56,120 bases of DNA from Catajapyx aquilonaris (GCA_000934665.2 JYFJ02002480.1:1-56120); one strand, 5' to 3'; numbered from the stretch's first letter, positions 13,627 through 28,100 are shown. Numbers and translations: made by a program. The notes: a model not told the origin generated them from the letters alone.

Positions 13627-16600
13627 ATGGGCTTCCATAGTGCTGCGAAGAATAAGGAACACAAAGGAGATCATCGGATTTCACTACCGTCTAACACATC
13701 CTCACTTGACTCCAGGGTAAGCACATTGCAACACAATACTTAATCATGACATGGCTCGTACAAGATGGAGAGAAAGTCTAGGTGTACATCATGGTGAGTT
13801 ATTGTGATGCTCCTTGACGAATTTTTGGGATTTGGATGACGTCACAATTGTCGTTTGTTTTGGCGGATCTAATGGTGTAGTTATCAGCGGACAATGTCCC
13901 ATTCGGTGGATTTAATGGCTTCCGGTTGCTCTTGAATCCATTTCCGGTAGATTTGTTCACTCAGGCAATGAATTCTCACAATTTGTTTCTGGCAGGTTAG
14001 TAACGAAGGTTAAAAATTGGGCCTAACCGCAATCAACTACTAAGTGTACCCCGGTTGATTAAGTTGCGAAAGGTCCTCATCTGACCATAACCCTCCCCGG
14101 AAACAATGGTCGATTGTTACCAGTTTGATCATCTATTCAGCGCCAGGCGTTCCGCCATGGACCTTTGATGAAACTTGCGGTCATGCCACAGCCTTCACCT
14201 CTCTAATGACCACAATGTCCCTTTCCCCCACGATAAGAAAAAAAAACTTACTCTTTGTACCTTTCACCAATAAAAGGCACAGGTTTGCTGGAACCATCTG
14301 ACATGATCGAGCCAAAGAATGAGTGACAAACAGGTATGGCGAAGGACAGACAATCCGCTTTCACCAAAAATCCTCATGGATCTAGACTACGATCAGCCCT
14401 TTTGGTCCGATGATCTCGGGTTCCTTTTAGGCTAGAAGACATTGAGTAAGAAAAAAAAAACTCTTTCTGCTCTACATAATCCACGCTTAAGACCTACTAA
14501 GCTCAATCTGAAGCATATGTACTCGCTCTCATCGAAAGCGATTCGTGACATAATTATAGGGTAGGGTTAATATCACGTACGTTTTTGGTACGGAACTGTC
14601 TCCGGAACATCGGAACGTTATCGAATGTAGGTCTTCTGCAACTGATGGTTGATGGGAAAAGAGGGCGTGGAGAAGACATTATATTACTAGAACCATTTGA
14701 AGGTCATGTTGTACAATACTCCAACTGTTCATTGTTCATTGGACATTGACTCCTGATATGAATAGTCTATCAGGAAAGTGACAACACAGTGCTTGCATTT
14801 AACGACATTATTAAATGCATTGCTCCGAATAAACTATTCGCCACACCTGGCAGAGTATTGTGACATAAATGCTTGCATTAAACGCAATTTCGCAATACGG
14901 TAGTACAGTAATATCCAGTAGCTCGAGACCCACTGCCTATTTGTCAGTCTGTTTTGAATGGATTCCCACGCATAAAGGATCTTGAAACAAGCAGGGCGTG
15001 ACCCTAGTGGTAATTAACATGGGCTGTGAGAAGAAGTGCTTCGGGCGAAAGTGTCGCTTTTCTTCTCAAGCACCGACGAGGACACAACAACAAAAAGCCA
15101 CAAATAGGACCTCCCTCAAACGGTCTAGTAAACACCAAATTTTTTTATAATATCCTTCCAGTACTCTGATCCACCTGGCCAACTGTACTACCGCAGTGCT
15201 AGTTCATCATCCGACGGAAGTGACATTCGGTTTACCAGAAAAAAGGGATGCCCTAGAAAAGTCTGTCTTTGCATCACCTCCGCGGTCATCTTTGTCCTCC
15301 TGGGAGCAGCCGCTGGGATCTACTACGGATGTAAGGATATACAATTGTCTCCATTGTCCATCTTGTAATATTGACATATTCCAGATCATTTGTTGACGCT
15401 GGAGAGGCCGCTGGAGAAAGTGTTTCGAGGCAGCTTCCGCGTCATCTCCGGGGATGTGTTCCAGATGTCTTTGGTTGATCCGGATACTCCGGAGTTTCAG
15501 TCCAGGTCAGCAGAGTATAGGAACTTCTTGGACACTGTCTTCCGGGACAGTGGAGTCAAGGACGCCTACTTGTCCTCGGAGATCCTTGCTTTCGATGGGT
15601 AAGAATGAGTTTTTTTTTTGTATGGGTAGACGGATCATTCGAGAATGTGGTGCTTGCTCATCCGGGTGTAAAAATAGGACGGGTATGATTAATCAATGTG
15701 TTTGTTTATCCCCTTTTATCGATCTGTTGTCGTGCACATGCAGTACGTGCCAATATCATATCTGTCAAGTGAGATTTGAGATGGACACATTCCGGATATT
15801 ATCTGATATCAATGAAAGGAGACATTGTCAATAAACACTGCGAAATATTTTCCGTAAATAAAGTTAGCAATACGAAGGTTATTAGCATTAAACGTCAGGT
15901 AAATTAGTTTTGGTCTCAATTGCAATGAAAGGGGTATTTTTTGGTCGGAAAATTGAAACCTTGCTCCTGAAAGGGTTAGGGGTGAGTTACCGCAAGACCT
16001 CCTTCGTTCTGGTTGTTGAGCATCCTTAATTAGCCCTGCACATTGACCTTCAGCACGGAAGAGCAAGACCTTATAGTTCACTTCAACCTCCACGTGGATA
16101 CCAACAATCACCAAATTGAAGCACATGACCTGCAAGTTATGCTATTGGATGCGATTGGTCACCATCCAACGGGACATCATGAGCTGATTGTGGACGAAAA
16201 CAGCGTCCAATTGCAAGGTAAATCATATGCAAAATATGTCATGATTTGAATGTAAAACAATTACTGATCAGAAGCTGACCATTTACTCTTCAGATGATTG
16301 GTAGCATCCAAATTATCTGATAATTAGCAAAGCAGACAGACAGTATCAGCATTGTAAATCACATTACTTGTGTAATCTGATTTACGATTATTATTCCCAT
16401 CGCTTTATAACTGTCGAGGGTTTGACCCACATCTTTGCATGCATTGTTACAGAAAGAAAACATGTTTATGACGAATTCTCAACGGGGGATAACCCAGAAG
16501 CTGTGGGTCAAGACGGCGATGGCTTTGCCACAACAACACTTCCTCCTCCACGGAAGTGTGTCCCCCTAGAGGTCAACTATTGTGCAAGGCTTCGATACAA

Positions 16601-19600
16601 CCTGACGTCATTTCCAAACCATATCGGGCACAAAGATGTTTCCGAAGTTGCTCAAGATTTTATCTCCATGAGGTGTGTACTGGCCTCATTACTTATACAT
16701 ATATTACTGTATGTTCATTAATTATTGTTTAATAACAACATATCTTGGCAGGGAAATAATTGACGCCGAATGTTACGAATCAGCGTACGAATTCATCTGT
16801 CAGCTGATTCAACCTAGATGCGATATAAGGAGTGACAGCGACGAAGATGGTGTGGGTGACATAGTTTTGCAACCTTGTCGATCATTCTGTCAAAACTTTC
16901 TTGCCGGCTGTGGCAAGCGGCTTCCACCAAAGTTAAGAGAAAAGCTCGACTGCGACCTATTTCCTGAAAGCGACTGTGTGGGCGAGCCAGGTAACGAACC
17001 ATTCACAAAAGTTCTCAGGGCGAACAGTTCTGACAGTTATGTCACCTCCAGGTTGTGTGGAAAAGTTACAAGGAAAAGGAAAAGGACACCGGGTGTGCGA
17101 CGGAGTCATGGACTGTCCCGACGGCACCGACGAGTCCCAGTGCGCATACTGCTCACCTAACCATCGACACTGTGGGGTCGGTGACGTGTGCCTTCCAACA
17201 GAAGCACAGTGTGACGGTGTTGTCGACTGTCCCAACTCCAGCGACGAAAGAGCATGCTGTAGGTACATCACCGGGAGTCATGTGCCAGGTCATTTGATTG
17301 GTTTTCTGTTGCAGTGACCGTGGCGGCCAGTGCAGAAGAAGCCAGGTCGTCGTACGTCTATTCCAGAGAAGGCTTCGTCATGTTCCACGAAAAGGGCCTG
17401 AAAGGGAAACTGTGTGCTGATGCCCTCAACGGTTCTTCGGACCTGCCAGATGTGCTAAACAACGTCGGGGCATCCACCTGCAACCTGTTAGGATACAGGT
17501 GAGTTGATGCTGTGAGAATCTCACTTCGATTGTTACAGGATGACATTTACAGATCGCTGGAATCGGTGAAGGTTGTCGATGACAACGCTGTTGGCAACGA
17601 CTACATCCAAATGGTCAGACCGACTGAGGCGTCCATTTCATTCGCAAAAGGAGAGTGCGACTCTAGAAGAGTTGTGCACCTCACATGTTCCGATTTGGGT
17701 ATGTCCACATGTGTAAATGTAGTTTTCAATACTTATTTGTTGTGTCTGATGTCTTGCAACAGAATGCGGTATCCGACCAGGGAGAACAGAGCGAGAGGAC
17801 GAAAGTCGCATGGGTGTGACCTCTGCCAACAGCAGAAGAGTAGCCCATGGTGACTGGCCCTGGGTGGTGGCTCTATTCAAAGACGGAGTCCACGTGTGCG
17901 ACGCCAGCATGGTCACCTCTCGATGGTTGTTGACCACTGCCTCTTGCTTCTTGGGACAGCCCAAGGCCCGGTGGGTGGCCCGGATGGGGACGGTCAGGTT
18001 GGCCAGCCCCGGGTCACCTTGGCAGGAAGAGCGTCGGGTGGTCGGGATGGTCAAGTCTCCGGTGGAGGGCAGCGCCTTGGTCCTGGTCAGGATGGACAGC
18101 GACGTGCCCTTCTCAGACTACGTCCGGCCCGTGTGTTTGCCAGCAAGCACGTTGGAGGTCAATCAGTCCAACTGCGTCACTCTGACATGGACAGTCAGGG
18201 GTGACCAACTGAATGAAATGTACCTCCGGACATCAGGGATGGACACATGTCAAAATATCAGCATCACGTCCCACAACAGCATCTGCATGGAGCCCAAGTT
18301 CCATGACCCAGACTGCAAGGTGAGGAATGCAAAGCTAATTCCAGATAAGCAATCAAGATCAGAAAGCTCTTGCGCATAGGTATAAAATAGTTAAATAACA
18401 AAGGGTAGTTCCTGCCAACTGTTTTATGGTTCATAGAGGTTTATGGTGCGCTTGACCAGCAGCAATTTCATACCTTGCACGAAAGGACTGTAAACATCCT
18501 GTTATGGTTACAGTGACCCCACTGTATCAGTATGGAGATTTTAACACGTTGTTGAACCATAGCAGAAAAATGCTAGGAGAATACAGTATTTTAAAGCATT
18601 CATAAAAGTAGTTACGAGTAGTTAATAACAAGGTATTTATATGAAACGCTTCGAAACATTTTAATACATGAGATATGATATTGATAGATTTATTGGCAAT
18701 AATTATGCATTATGCATTATCAAGAGCTAATGGCATTATGCATTACTGATACTATAGTGATTCAATATATTCCATCTGGGCGCGGGAAGGTCATACAAGT
18801 ATCATGCAGATCAGGGTCATAACAGATGGAATGTAGCCTGTACTTGTAGTAAGTTGGTTAACAACCTGAAATTCTGATCTCGGGTTGTTACAGTAGCATG
18901 AGTGTTTGCACCTATTCTGGGCCTAGGATAGAATATCATCATAGAAAAGGTTAACAAGCCAGAAAGTTGAAGGACAGCATCCTGTTGGCGATGATTGGCA
19001 GGCTGCAGCAATATATAGGAAAGGCTGGGGACGAAAACGCAGCACGCAATAAGTTAACACTGTTTTCACATGTGATCATATCGTTATTTGACCATGGATT
19101 AATGAGATATGGGTAGAAATGCAGTCCAGTAATTAAGGTTTCATCAGCAAAATTACAGTGGCCGGTGGAGCAGATTACTCCATATTACAGGGTATATTGT
19201 GGATCAAAGTGATGATTTCTTCCATTTATGCAAATGATCACATTGTTACGGGAGCCTGCACCTGTACATTACATCATCCCCAAGGACGCTGGAGGATTAC
19301 AAATGTCACAGATATCTAAACGACAAAAACCAGTAGTCATAAACGGATTATGCCATTCAGTTCTGAACAAATATTTAATGCATATATTACTTGTTTTCTT
19401 CAGGTAACTCGTACGATTCAAAAATATAATGCCAATGTTCGTGTAATATAAAGTTGCATAATTTTCTTCGTGCGAGTTCTTATCAATCATTGTCACTCTC
19501 GAATTACTGTACTGTACCAAAACTAATCGATCGCATCTTTAGGAAGTTTATAACATTAATATATTGTGCGTTGCACGCTGTACGTACGGTATTGATCAAA

Positions 19601-20562
19601 ATAAAACTTGATATAGGCCTATACACTGAAGTTCGCAAACAATGGGATTGAGAATCACATTTGCGGATTAGAATATTAGTGGGATTCCTGTGATTACATA
19701 ACAGTGCTCAATCTGCTCATTGTCCTTGATCATAATTGGGGAAATATGGCTGTGGTCATATGCTGCAAAATAATTGTTACTCTGCTATTGGTGCACCAGC
19801 AGAGATCACTAACGGAGCCTGCTTTAACCATAAGTTGCGTGCATCAAAACTGGATAATTGTGCATATGCGCGGAAAATCTGCGCAAAATGAGCGAATTTC
19901 TGAAGCACGAAATATCTAAAAACTGTTTACGAGTACACAAATAAATACTTACGGACCTGAGAGTGTCCAACCCACTCTTTATTTTGCAAGTACAGTATTT
20001 CTATGGAATGCATAATAAAATTGCGACTTAGATGAAATATTCGAAAGGTTCTATTTCCACAAAAACTTTTGCATCACAAAATCGCATTGGCACAAATAAT
20101 TGCGCTTTTGTAGATAAATATTAGCGCTATGCAAGTATACGTTATCTTTTCGGGAAATAACAAACCCTGCTGGAGGTCAAGCTAATCTGATAAACGTTGT
20201 GCAGGCAATGAACGTCATCCAAATTTAGACTTAATTGGTATCCATTTTGCCAGCATTGTCTCCCAAAATAAATTCGGTGCCCTCAGTCCTATTTTCATAC
20301 AAAAATACACTCAAAACGGATGGCATCTACCTAAAATAATTGCAGAGTTATTTTAACAATGTCCCTCATTCAACAGAACGAAGCCCTGTCCGGGTCACCT
20401 CTTCTGTGTCAACAATCAGACGAAGATGGCTGGTTCTTGGCTGGAATCAGCAGTTGGAGAATCGGATGCGGTGCCCTGGGCAAACGGCCCTGGCTGTATG
20501 ACCAAGTGGCAGTGCACTCGGACTGGGTCATACGCACTACACACGCAACGACCCCGAAGTGA
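13627..20562 (+). CDS. Type II transmembrane serine-protease homologue (TM-SEA-Frizzled CRD-2xLDLa-SRCR-like-trypsin fold), corin-like architecture, predicted inactive. Exons 13627-13716 (tentative), 15162-15330, 15385-15598, 16054-16217, 16453-16672, 16752-16990, 17052-17258, 17315-17498, 17553-17698, 17763-18319, 20377-20562
   Basis: TM segment VCLCITSAVIFVLLGAAAGIYYG; SEA-like VFRGSFRVISG; Fz CRD CARLRYNLTSFPNHIGH...PCRSFC; LDLa CDGVMDCPDGTDE and CDGVVDCPNSSDE; trypsin-like GDWPWVVAL, DYVRPVCLP, GWFLAGISSW. Splice phases join. The first exon is the least certain. Confidence 0.88.
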
Positions 20563-20736
20563 CCTCGCCAAAACAAGTGGACTTCAAAGCCAAAGTGGGA
20601 TCATTTGCAGCCGCAAAAAGGACCCTCCCCAGTGTATTATGTGTAACGTGACCTTATTTCAAGGACGCCTGTGAATGGGTGTGGACCGTGATGTGTAACG
20701 ATGTAAAGTTAGTGTAAAAAGTGTACCTTCGATAGT

Positions 20737-20742
20737 AATAAA
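20737..20742 (+). promoter_or_regulatory. Polyadenylation signal of the protease-homologue gene
   Basis: AATAAA ~175 nt after the stop codon. Confidence 0.5.
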
Positions 20743-21544
20743 ATGCTTCCTCTCTAGTTGTCGTAAAAATAAAATTGTTCCATTGCAGCTGTCCGTATCT
20801 GAATTTACCTAAGGTCTAATCAGTAAATTCGTGTAAACATATTGCAATGTTCGAATTTTTCCTGTCTGGAGTTCATCAAACCATCCGGGGTGATAATAAG
20901 TTAAGCACATACCTGACGTCTTAGTATATGCCTAAGACAACACTAATCAATTTAGTAACATGCAGCTCATTTCCATCTATGAACTTCTCCTTGGAAATGA
21001 GCGTGGCATTGCATTTGTGAAGTCTATCACGTGCTTTGATGCCCTGCACGAAAGTACCTCATATGCAGTTATGCACATGTGGTATTGCGAGCCTAATGGA
21101 TGTGGCAGCTGTTGTGTGATTTTATTCCATTGTAACTTGATGGGGATATGTTGGTGAATCAGGGTTGAGGATAGTGACGTATCCGGCATTGCGACAGTTG
21201 CAACGACAGTCGTCGAACGTGCAGGTCGGGTGAGAGAGTGAGACAGGTAAACCCTTCGCGGTTTATCGTCCACGAGGAAGTAAAATAGAAAAGTAGGTAT
21301 TGTGTCTCTTATCAGACAAGACACCCATTTGACAACGCCGTTTGAAATATTTGGTACATATAATATTCGCGTGCTCCAAATTCATCAGTGCAGAACTCGG
21401 ACTGATGCAGTCAGCACCTGTTGTGACTCTCCCGCTAAGTGAGGTGCTTACATCTGACCTCGTCCTCCATCATCGGACGAGTCCTAATTTGCGAACCCAG
21501 GTGCTAAATCCTACTCTTTCTGGATGCATTCATTGCTAGACAGG

Positions 21545-23659
21545 ATGGGTCTGAGGGAGGTGGCTCGAAAGGTGAACCGCAGGAAGAAGCTTCAGGAGGA
21601 CTTCTTGGCCACACCGCTGAAGAGATGTCTCAACGCTTTCGATCTCACCCTTCTTGGTATGCTCCTATCTCCAAACATTTAGTCATGATCTAATATGCAT
21701 TGTTCTACAGGTATTGGGCATATGATCGGTGCTGGTATCTACGTATTGGCTGGATCAATCGCTCACAGTATAGCAGGTCCTGCCATCGTGATATCCTTCC
21801 TGGTGGCGGGTGTGGCGTCCATTTTAGCTGCCCTTTGTTACTCCGAATTCGGGGCACGTGTACCTAAAGCCGGATCGGCGTTTATGTACGGTTATGTGAC
21901 GATCGGAGAACTGATTGCGTTCCTGATCGGATGGGATTTGGTGTTGGAGCATTTGATAGCGGCCGCGTCGGTGGCCAAGGCGCTGTCCGGGTACATCGAC
22001 GCCCTGACAGGGTACGTGATCAGCAATGGTACAGCCGCCGCGGTTGGCCATCTCCACGGCGAGTTTCTTGGCCCCCAGCCGGATTTCCTGGCACTTGCAG
22101 TGGTCACCCTGTGCTGCGCGGTCCTGGCCACAGGGGCCAAAGGGTCGGCGCGGTTCAACACCACGTTCACCTTCATCAACCTGTCAGTCATGGCCTTGGT
22201 CATCATAATGGGGTTTGTCTACGCCGAGACCGGCAACTGGACCTCGGAGAACTTCATGCCGTACGGATGGAAAGGGGTGATAGCGGGGGCGGCTGCGGTG
22301 TTTTACGCCTTCGTTGGATTTGACACCATCGCCATCAGCAGCGAGGAAGCTCTGGAGCCGCACAGGGCCATACCGCTCTCCACGCTGGTCTCCGTCGGGG
22401 TGGTCACCGTCCTGTACACGCTGTTCAGCTCGGCCCTCACTCTGATTGTGCCTTATTACGATATTGTACCTGAGGCGGCCATACCCGAGGCTTTTGCACA
22501 GAGAGGAATCACATGGGCCAAGTATGTGATCACCATTGGGTCAGTAGCAGGGATGTGTACCACCATGTCGGGAAGTCTCTACTCCCTGCCCAGGTAGGCT
22601 ACAGAGCACGTGAAGTGTCGTTCAGATATGTTACCCATTTTCACTCGAGTTTGTTGCATAAACCAGTGGTTTTATACATTTCAGGGTTTTGTACGCAATG
22701 GCTTCGGAGGGCCTTCTCTTCAAGTGGGTGGCATGGGTCGAGCCACGCACCAAGCTGCCCCTTTTGACCCTTGGAGTTGCTGGGTTTAGCGTAGGTATGG
22801 TGGCGCTGTTCCTCGACCTGGAGAGACTGGTGGAGTTCATGAGCATTGGTACCTTGGCCGCCTACACACTAGTCAGTGCCTGCGTCCTACTGCTTAGATA
22901 TCGCCCACCTGCCGAAGAAGCAGCCCTTGAACTACGACCCAAGTTTAGCGGACTGCATGACCGAGGAGTGTTCCGATGGGACTGTCTCCCATTGGCGTCC
23001 GTCGTTGTGTTTGTGCCTGTTTCACTAGCCATGTGCTTCCTTGTCACATATGCAGGTGACCTCATTGTTGATGGAGACGCGTGGGCAATTATTCTTCTAG
23101 TGCTTCTCTTGGCAGTTCTAATCAGCTGTGAGTATTAGTCTGATCTGAGGAAATAAGCCGTTTCTGTCGTTGCTCCCAACTCAGTGCTGCAGATAAGGCG
23201 TTTTTCTTCCCCAAGAGTTTCGGTAACTGTATGAACGACATTTTCATTTCTCCTTTAGGTTTGATTATCATGGGTATGTACGAGCAAAACGTATCTGGAC
23301 TTCAGTTCAAGGTGCCGTTTGTTCCATTATTGCCGGCGCTCAGTATACTTTGTAACCTCTGGCTGATGACCTATCTCAATTCTGTCACGTGGATTCGGTT
23401 CCTCGTCTGGATGATTTGCGGTAAATTGAAGGTGGAGTACATTATCTGTTGACAAAATTATTGAATGTTTTTGTTGTTTCCAGGCTTGCTGATCTACTTC
23501 TGTTATGGAATCAGACATAGTAAACAGGAAGGAGTGGATATTTCCAGAGATGGTAGTGTTCAGATGAATCCCATGTCGTCGAAGCAAGCCAGCAACGGTT
23601 CGCCACAAAAAGACAGTGGATCACCGGAGAAATCGAATGGGTTGCCAGAAAAATTCTGA
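21545..23659 (+). CDS. Cationic amino acid transporter (SLC7A/CAT family, CAT-4-like). Exons 21545-21656, 21711-22593, 22685-23127, 23259-23420, 23484-23659
   Basis: LKRCLNAFDLTLLGIGHMIGAGIYVL, LCYSEFGARVPKAGSA, FYAFVGFD, EFMSIGTLAAYTLVS, FKVPFVP and TWIRFLVW are CAT-family motifs. Many TM segments; GT-AG introns in phase. Confidence 0.93.
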
Positions 23660-24504
23660 AGATATTGAACAATCCTCTTCTGACTTTTTTAATTTAATTT
23701 TTATTGTGTACATAATCTTTAGAAAGAACTCTAGTAACTACTGACATTTTTTTAGATGCAATTTAAGATTTTAAATATTTTTAGTACCAAGGACGAGCTG
23801 TTGTAAGCTTGACCCAACCTAATAAATAAAAGCGATGTGTCCACAATGCGATGTTTTCCTGCATATGATAAGAAATGGTTCTCTTTATGCCCTTCGATGT
23901 CTGAATTGAATCGATTCCTTCTGCCATTCCACATCAACTAGTCTAATAAAGCTTACCTTAATATTCTACTGATTGTAATTAACGATCAAAGGGCAAAGTT
24001 TAATTCAGTCAAATTTATTTTCGAATGACACTATTTTGGTGAATTGAAAAAATGAGGTGTGAATGATATTGAATGGAATTAGGCCTAGATGCAGTATAAT
24101 AATTTGGGAATAATCGGCGAATTGAATATGGTGACGAGTTGTGAAATCGAATGGACTTGAACGTGGTGAGAGTGCCCAATGATGACCTGAGTAATTCTCA
24201 AATAAATTAAGCGAATCTGAGCTCGTAGTTAAGATTAATTTGTGTTTTCAGAGATCACAGTCATATGAGGGTATGAGAAACGAGAGCAAATAAAGAGGTG
24301 GAACTCTTTGCCTGCCTTGACGTGAGTTAAACAATAGTTCCCACATGCAGGATACAGTGATGACATTAACATCTAGCAATGTGATATATGAGGAAGCTAC
24401 GTAAGGTCGAACTTGATTATATGGGAGCATACAGAGTAACTAGTCAGCATTAATGTGTGTGACCTCGGAAACGCACCACCTGCAAAATCCAGATATCTGG
24501 ACTC

Positions 24505-24538
24505 AACATGGCGTCCATCTGTTGGACCCAAGATGGCG
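24505..24538 (+). promoter_or_regulatory. Two YY1/Pho-type ATGGCG motifs at the probable 5' end of the kelch gene
   Basis: AACATGGCG at 24505 and AAGATGGCG at 24530 in a GC-rich patch, followed by a donor-like CAG|GTATG near 24765 (probable non-coding first exon). Confidence 0.4.
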
Positions 24539-25185
24539 CACAAGGCGTGCGATGCAGGAAAAGGCAATTTCCTCTGTGGGCGGCGTGGCAACCTTTCCGT
24601 AACCCCATCGCATATTTTTTCCATTTCCACCAGCAGTGTTTCCACACGGTCTCCTCTTTTCACTCCTTTTCCGGCCCCATTCCTTCTGCGGTTCCCCTCT
24701 TGCGGTTTGGTCTCACCAGAAGAGGAGAAAGCAGCCTCCGATGCGGATGGTCGGACCAGCTGCAGGTATGCACTCGCTTCCAATATTGTAGGTCCGTGGC
24801 TGATGGCACTCATTTTGGGGTGGCCAGCTGGGTCACGTCCCTTCCATGTCAGGTGGTGGGGACTGTCCAAATGTTGACACTCGCACTCAGAGCACACATG
24901 TTGGCCGTCTTGTTTGCACAGCCAGCTGTCTAGGGAGTTGGCCAATGGCCGGTCACTCATCTCTCTTCCCTGCCTGCCTGCTCTAGAGTGTCACTGCACC
25001 TTGTTCATTACAAGCACAACTTGCAAGTGAAGTGTCTAGTTACTTCCCCTTGCTTCCACCGACAGTGGTATTTGGCATTGTTTGCGTGCTGGGGAGAATT
25101 TGAGCTCTCCCCGAGAGCTATCATGACATGACACATGTAGGCTACTCTTTCTTTCAGTTGAAACTTATCTTCTACACGTGGCTTG

Positions 25186-28100
25186 ATGACAACACTGCCC
25201 ATGATGCCAGCTTTTAGCCCTCTGGTGGGTGTTGAAAATGCATCACCATCATCGTCTACTTCCTCAAGTCCCCAGCAACCTGGGCAGCATGTGTTTGCCT
25301 CAGAGTCGTACGCTACACAAGTGCTGCGCCGACTGGATGCCCTCCGCCGCTCCTACCACTTTTGTGATGTGGAGATTGTGTCTGAGGGGACCCTGATTCA
25401 TGCCCACCGAGCAGTGTTGGCAGCCTCCAGCCCATACTTCCAAGCCATGTTTGCTGGAGGCCTGGCGGAGGAGCAACAGACCCGGGTGGTGCTGCGGGGT
25501 GTCTCACCTGCCACCCTCACACTCCTGGTGGAGTTTGTGTACTCTGGACGCATCTGCCTCACCCAGGACAATGTGCAGGAGCTGATGGTGGCTTCTGACA
25601 TGCTGCAGCTTGGAGAAGTTGTTGAAGCCTGCACTGAATTCCTCAAAAAGGAGTTGCATTCTTCAAATGCTCTTGGCATATACAGGTTTGTTCAGGGGGT
25701 GGGCCTTACTATCTTATAATTTCCTCAATAATTACAGCAAATATGATTTAGATTTTAGAATAATGACAGTAAAGCAAAATGCTAAAATAATCCTGTGCCA
25801 TGCTGAAAAAATTTATTTACTCAGAATGCATTGCTAATTTGTAGTTGTAGCCAGATTACGTTATAACTAGTTCACTGATGGTGAACAGTTTGCTGCAATT
25901 TGTTTCAGGGGGTAAGTAAAGAGGATTATTGAAATATTTGTGTACAGATTCCACTTCATGTTGTAGTGTAATGCAAATTGAAGAATATTATGACACAGTA
26001 TGTTGGTTGGTTGGTTGGTTTTTAGGGAAATGCCTGGCTTGTATGGCTCTTTCGTATTGAGCCTTGGCAGCCAGGGGCCAGGAGTGTTATTGACCCTCCT
26101 TAGCCGGTGGGGCTGGGTAGGATGAGGATGATGTGGGTTGGAAGGGGTTGGACGGGGACGGTATGACACAGTAAACTGACCACCTACAGAAGAAGCTACA
26201 ATGCAGTGTTGTGGTGTATGGCAGTTTTGATTTTGAACATTCCTGGGTCAATCTTGAGAAGAGCGTGAAAGTGTGGTGATTGAGGGAATGTATATTTTGG
26301 CCTGTGTGTATCACCACCATGCCAATGAAAATACATAAAATATGCAAGGCTGACAATAAAAAGAAACAAACATAGGAGGAAATGCACGTGTCATGTGTGA
26401 GATGTACCAGATTAAGCCATACTGACATTTCATCACAACTGTTTCTGAGAAAAAAGTAAAATGAATATTGAAGTAATTTTTGTTTATGGCTTTCTCTCCT
26501 CCCTTTCTGTGTGAGAGTCAGGTCAGATGCAGCACCGTGTTCCTTGGCCTGCATTTGCATGGCAGGTTTCTTAAATATTCGAAATATTCAAGGCCAAAGA
26601 TTGATGGGTGTAGTGACACAGGAAAATTCATGGATTAACATAATTTAATGGTGACTGTGGCAGGGGAGACGGAGTGGCGCTGCGCCGCTGCGGTAACGTA
26701 TGCGCCCACGGATGTTAAAGTCCCGGGTTCGATCCCAGCCCGGGGACACCCCCTTCATCTCGTGCAGAGTTCGGGGTCATCTCTGACTTCGTCTCGGGGG
26801 GTATTTCCAATAGACTAAACCACCCGGGGGAGTTCACAAAATGACCACAGCTACGACATTGCACTGCACCTTGCACATCCCCTCCTGTCACCCTGCCCGT
26901 GGGCCCGGGCTTTCATTAAATAGGCACCATGTACTTAACATCTTAAAATACAATAAAGGTCCATGCCATATACCCCGGAAGGGGTGAAAGCATTACCCAC
27001 ACATTATTAATTATTATTAAATTAATTAATTATTATGGTGACTGTGGTAACTCTTGTAACAATGAGCAATGTATGACTGAATTATGCATATTTGCACTGC
27101 AGGTTTGCAGATGGACATAACTGTGATGATCTGTCCCATTCAGCACTGGAGTACATTCACCAGCATTTCTCAGAGGTTTGCCAGGAGGAAGAGTTTTTGG
27201 AACTTCCTCAGGAGGTTCTGATATCACTATTGAGCAGTGAATCACTCCAAGTCGACTCTGAGTTTCAAGTTTTCTCTGCAGCTCTGCGTTGGATCTCAAG
27301 CTCTCCAGTGCAACGACGGCGCTATGTGTTTGAGGTTCTGCAGCACGTTCGTATCCCATTAATTTCCAGGACTCTACTGGAACGTGCAGTGGAACAGTGT
27401 GGGGACACTTCTCTGAAGGTGGCACTTCAGAGTATTCGCAAAGATATGTGCAGTGGGAAGGGAAGCCTGGTGCAGCTGTCAGTGCAGCCACGGAGATGTG
27501 CTAAGAAAAATATATATGTGATTGGTGGGTCTAAGCGGGAACTGGCCAGTGCATGGACACGTTTGTCAGAGTGCACGTACGACACAGTCCAGTGTCTGGA
27601 CACACACCGAAAAGAGTGGCGTGGAGTGGCCTCTATGCGCATAGGGCGAATCTTGCCAGGGATTGCTGCCCTGAATGGAGTTATATATGTGGTGGGTGGG
27701 GAACAGGAGTCGCAGATCTTGGCTAATGGTGAGGTGTACCATCCCCAAGAAGACTGTTGGACCCCAATGGCTAGCATGCTGATTCCACGATGTGAATTTG
27801 GACTGTGTGCACTGGATTCATGCTTATACGCATTTGGTGGATGGGTTGGTGAAGACATTGGCGGAAGCATTGAGAAATACGACCCAGCTGTAGACGGGTG
27901 GCATCTGGTTGGTAACATGCCTGAGGCACGATTCAGCATGGGGGTTGTGGCGCACCAGGGCCTGATTTACATTGTGGGTGGATGTACACATCAGAGGCGT
28001 CACATGCAAGAGCTTGTGGCATACAATCCTGTAACTGGTGAGTGGAGTGTGCTGTCACCCATGCTGGAGCCCCGAAGTCAGATGGGTGTTGCAGTCCTGG

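Noticed and set aside
24397..24960. 187-aa minus-strand ORF and overlapping 140-aa plus-strand ORFs
   Set aside because: They overlie the GC-rich promoter/5'UTR of the IPP-like gene, have no recognisable domain, and ORFs in several frames are expected from low stop density.
26661..26745. Possible tRNA gene
   Set aside because: Has a B box but no clean cloverleaf, and continues into a body, tail and TSD, so it is a SINE head.
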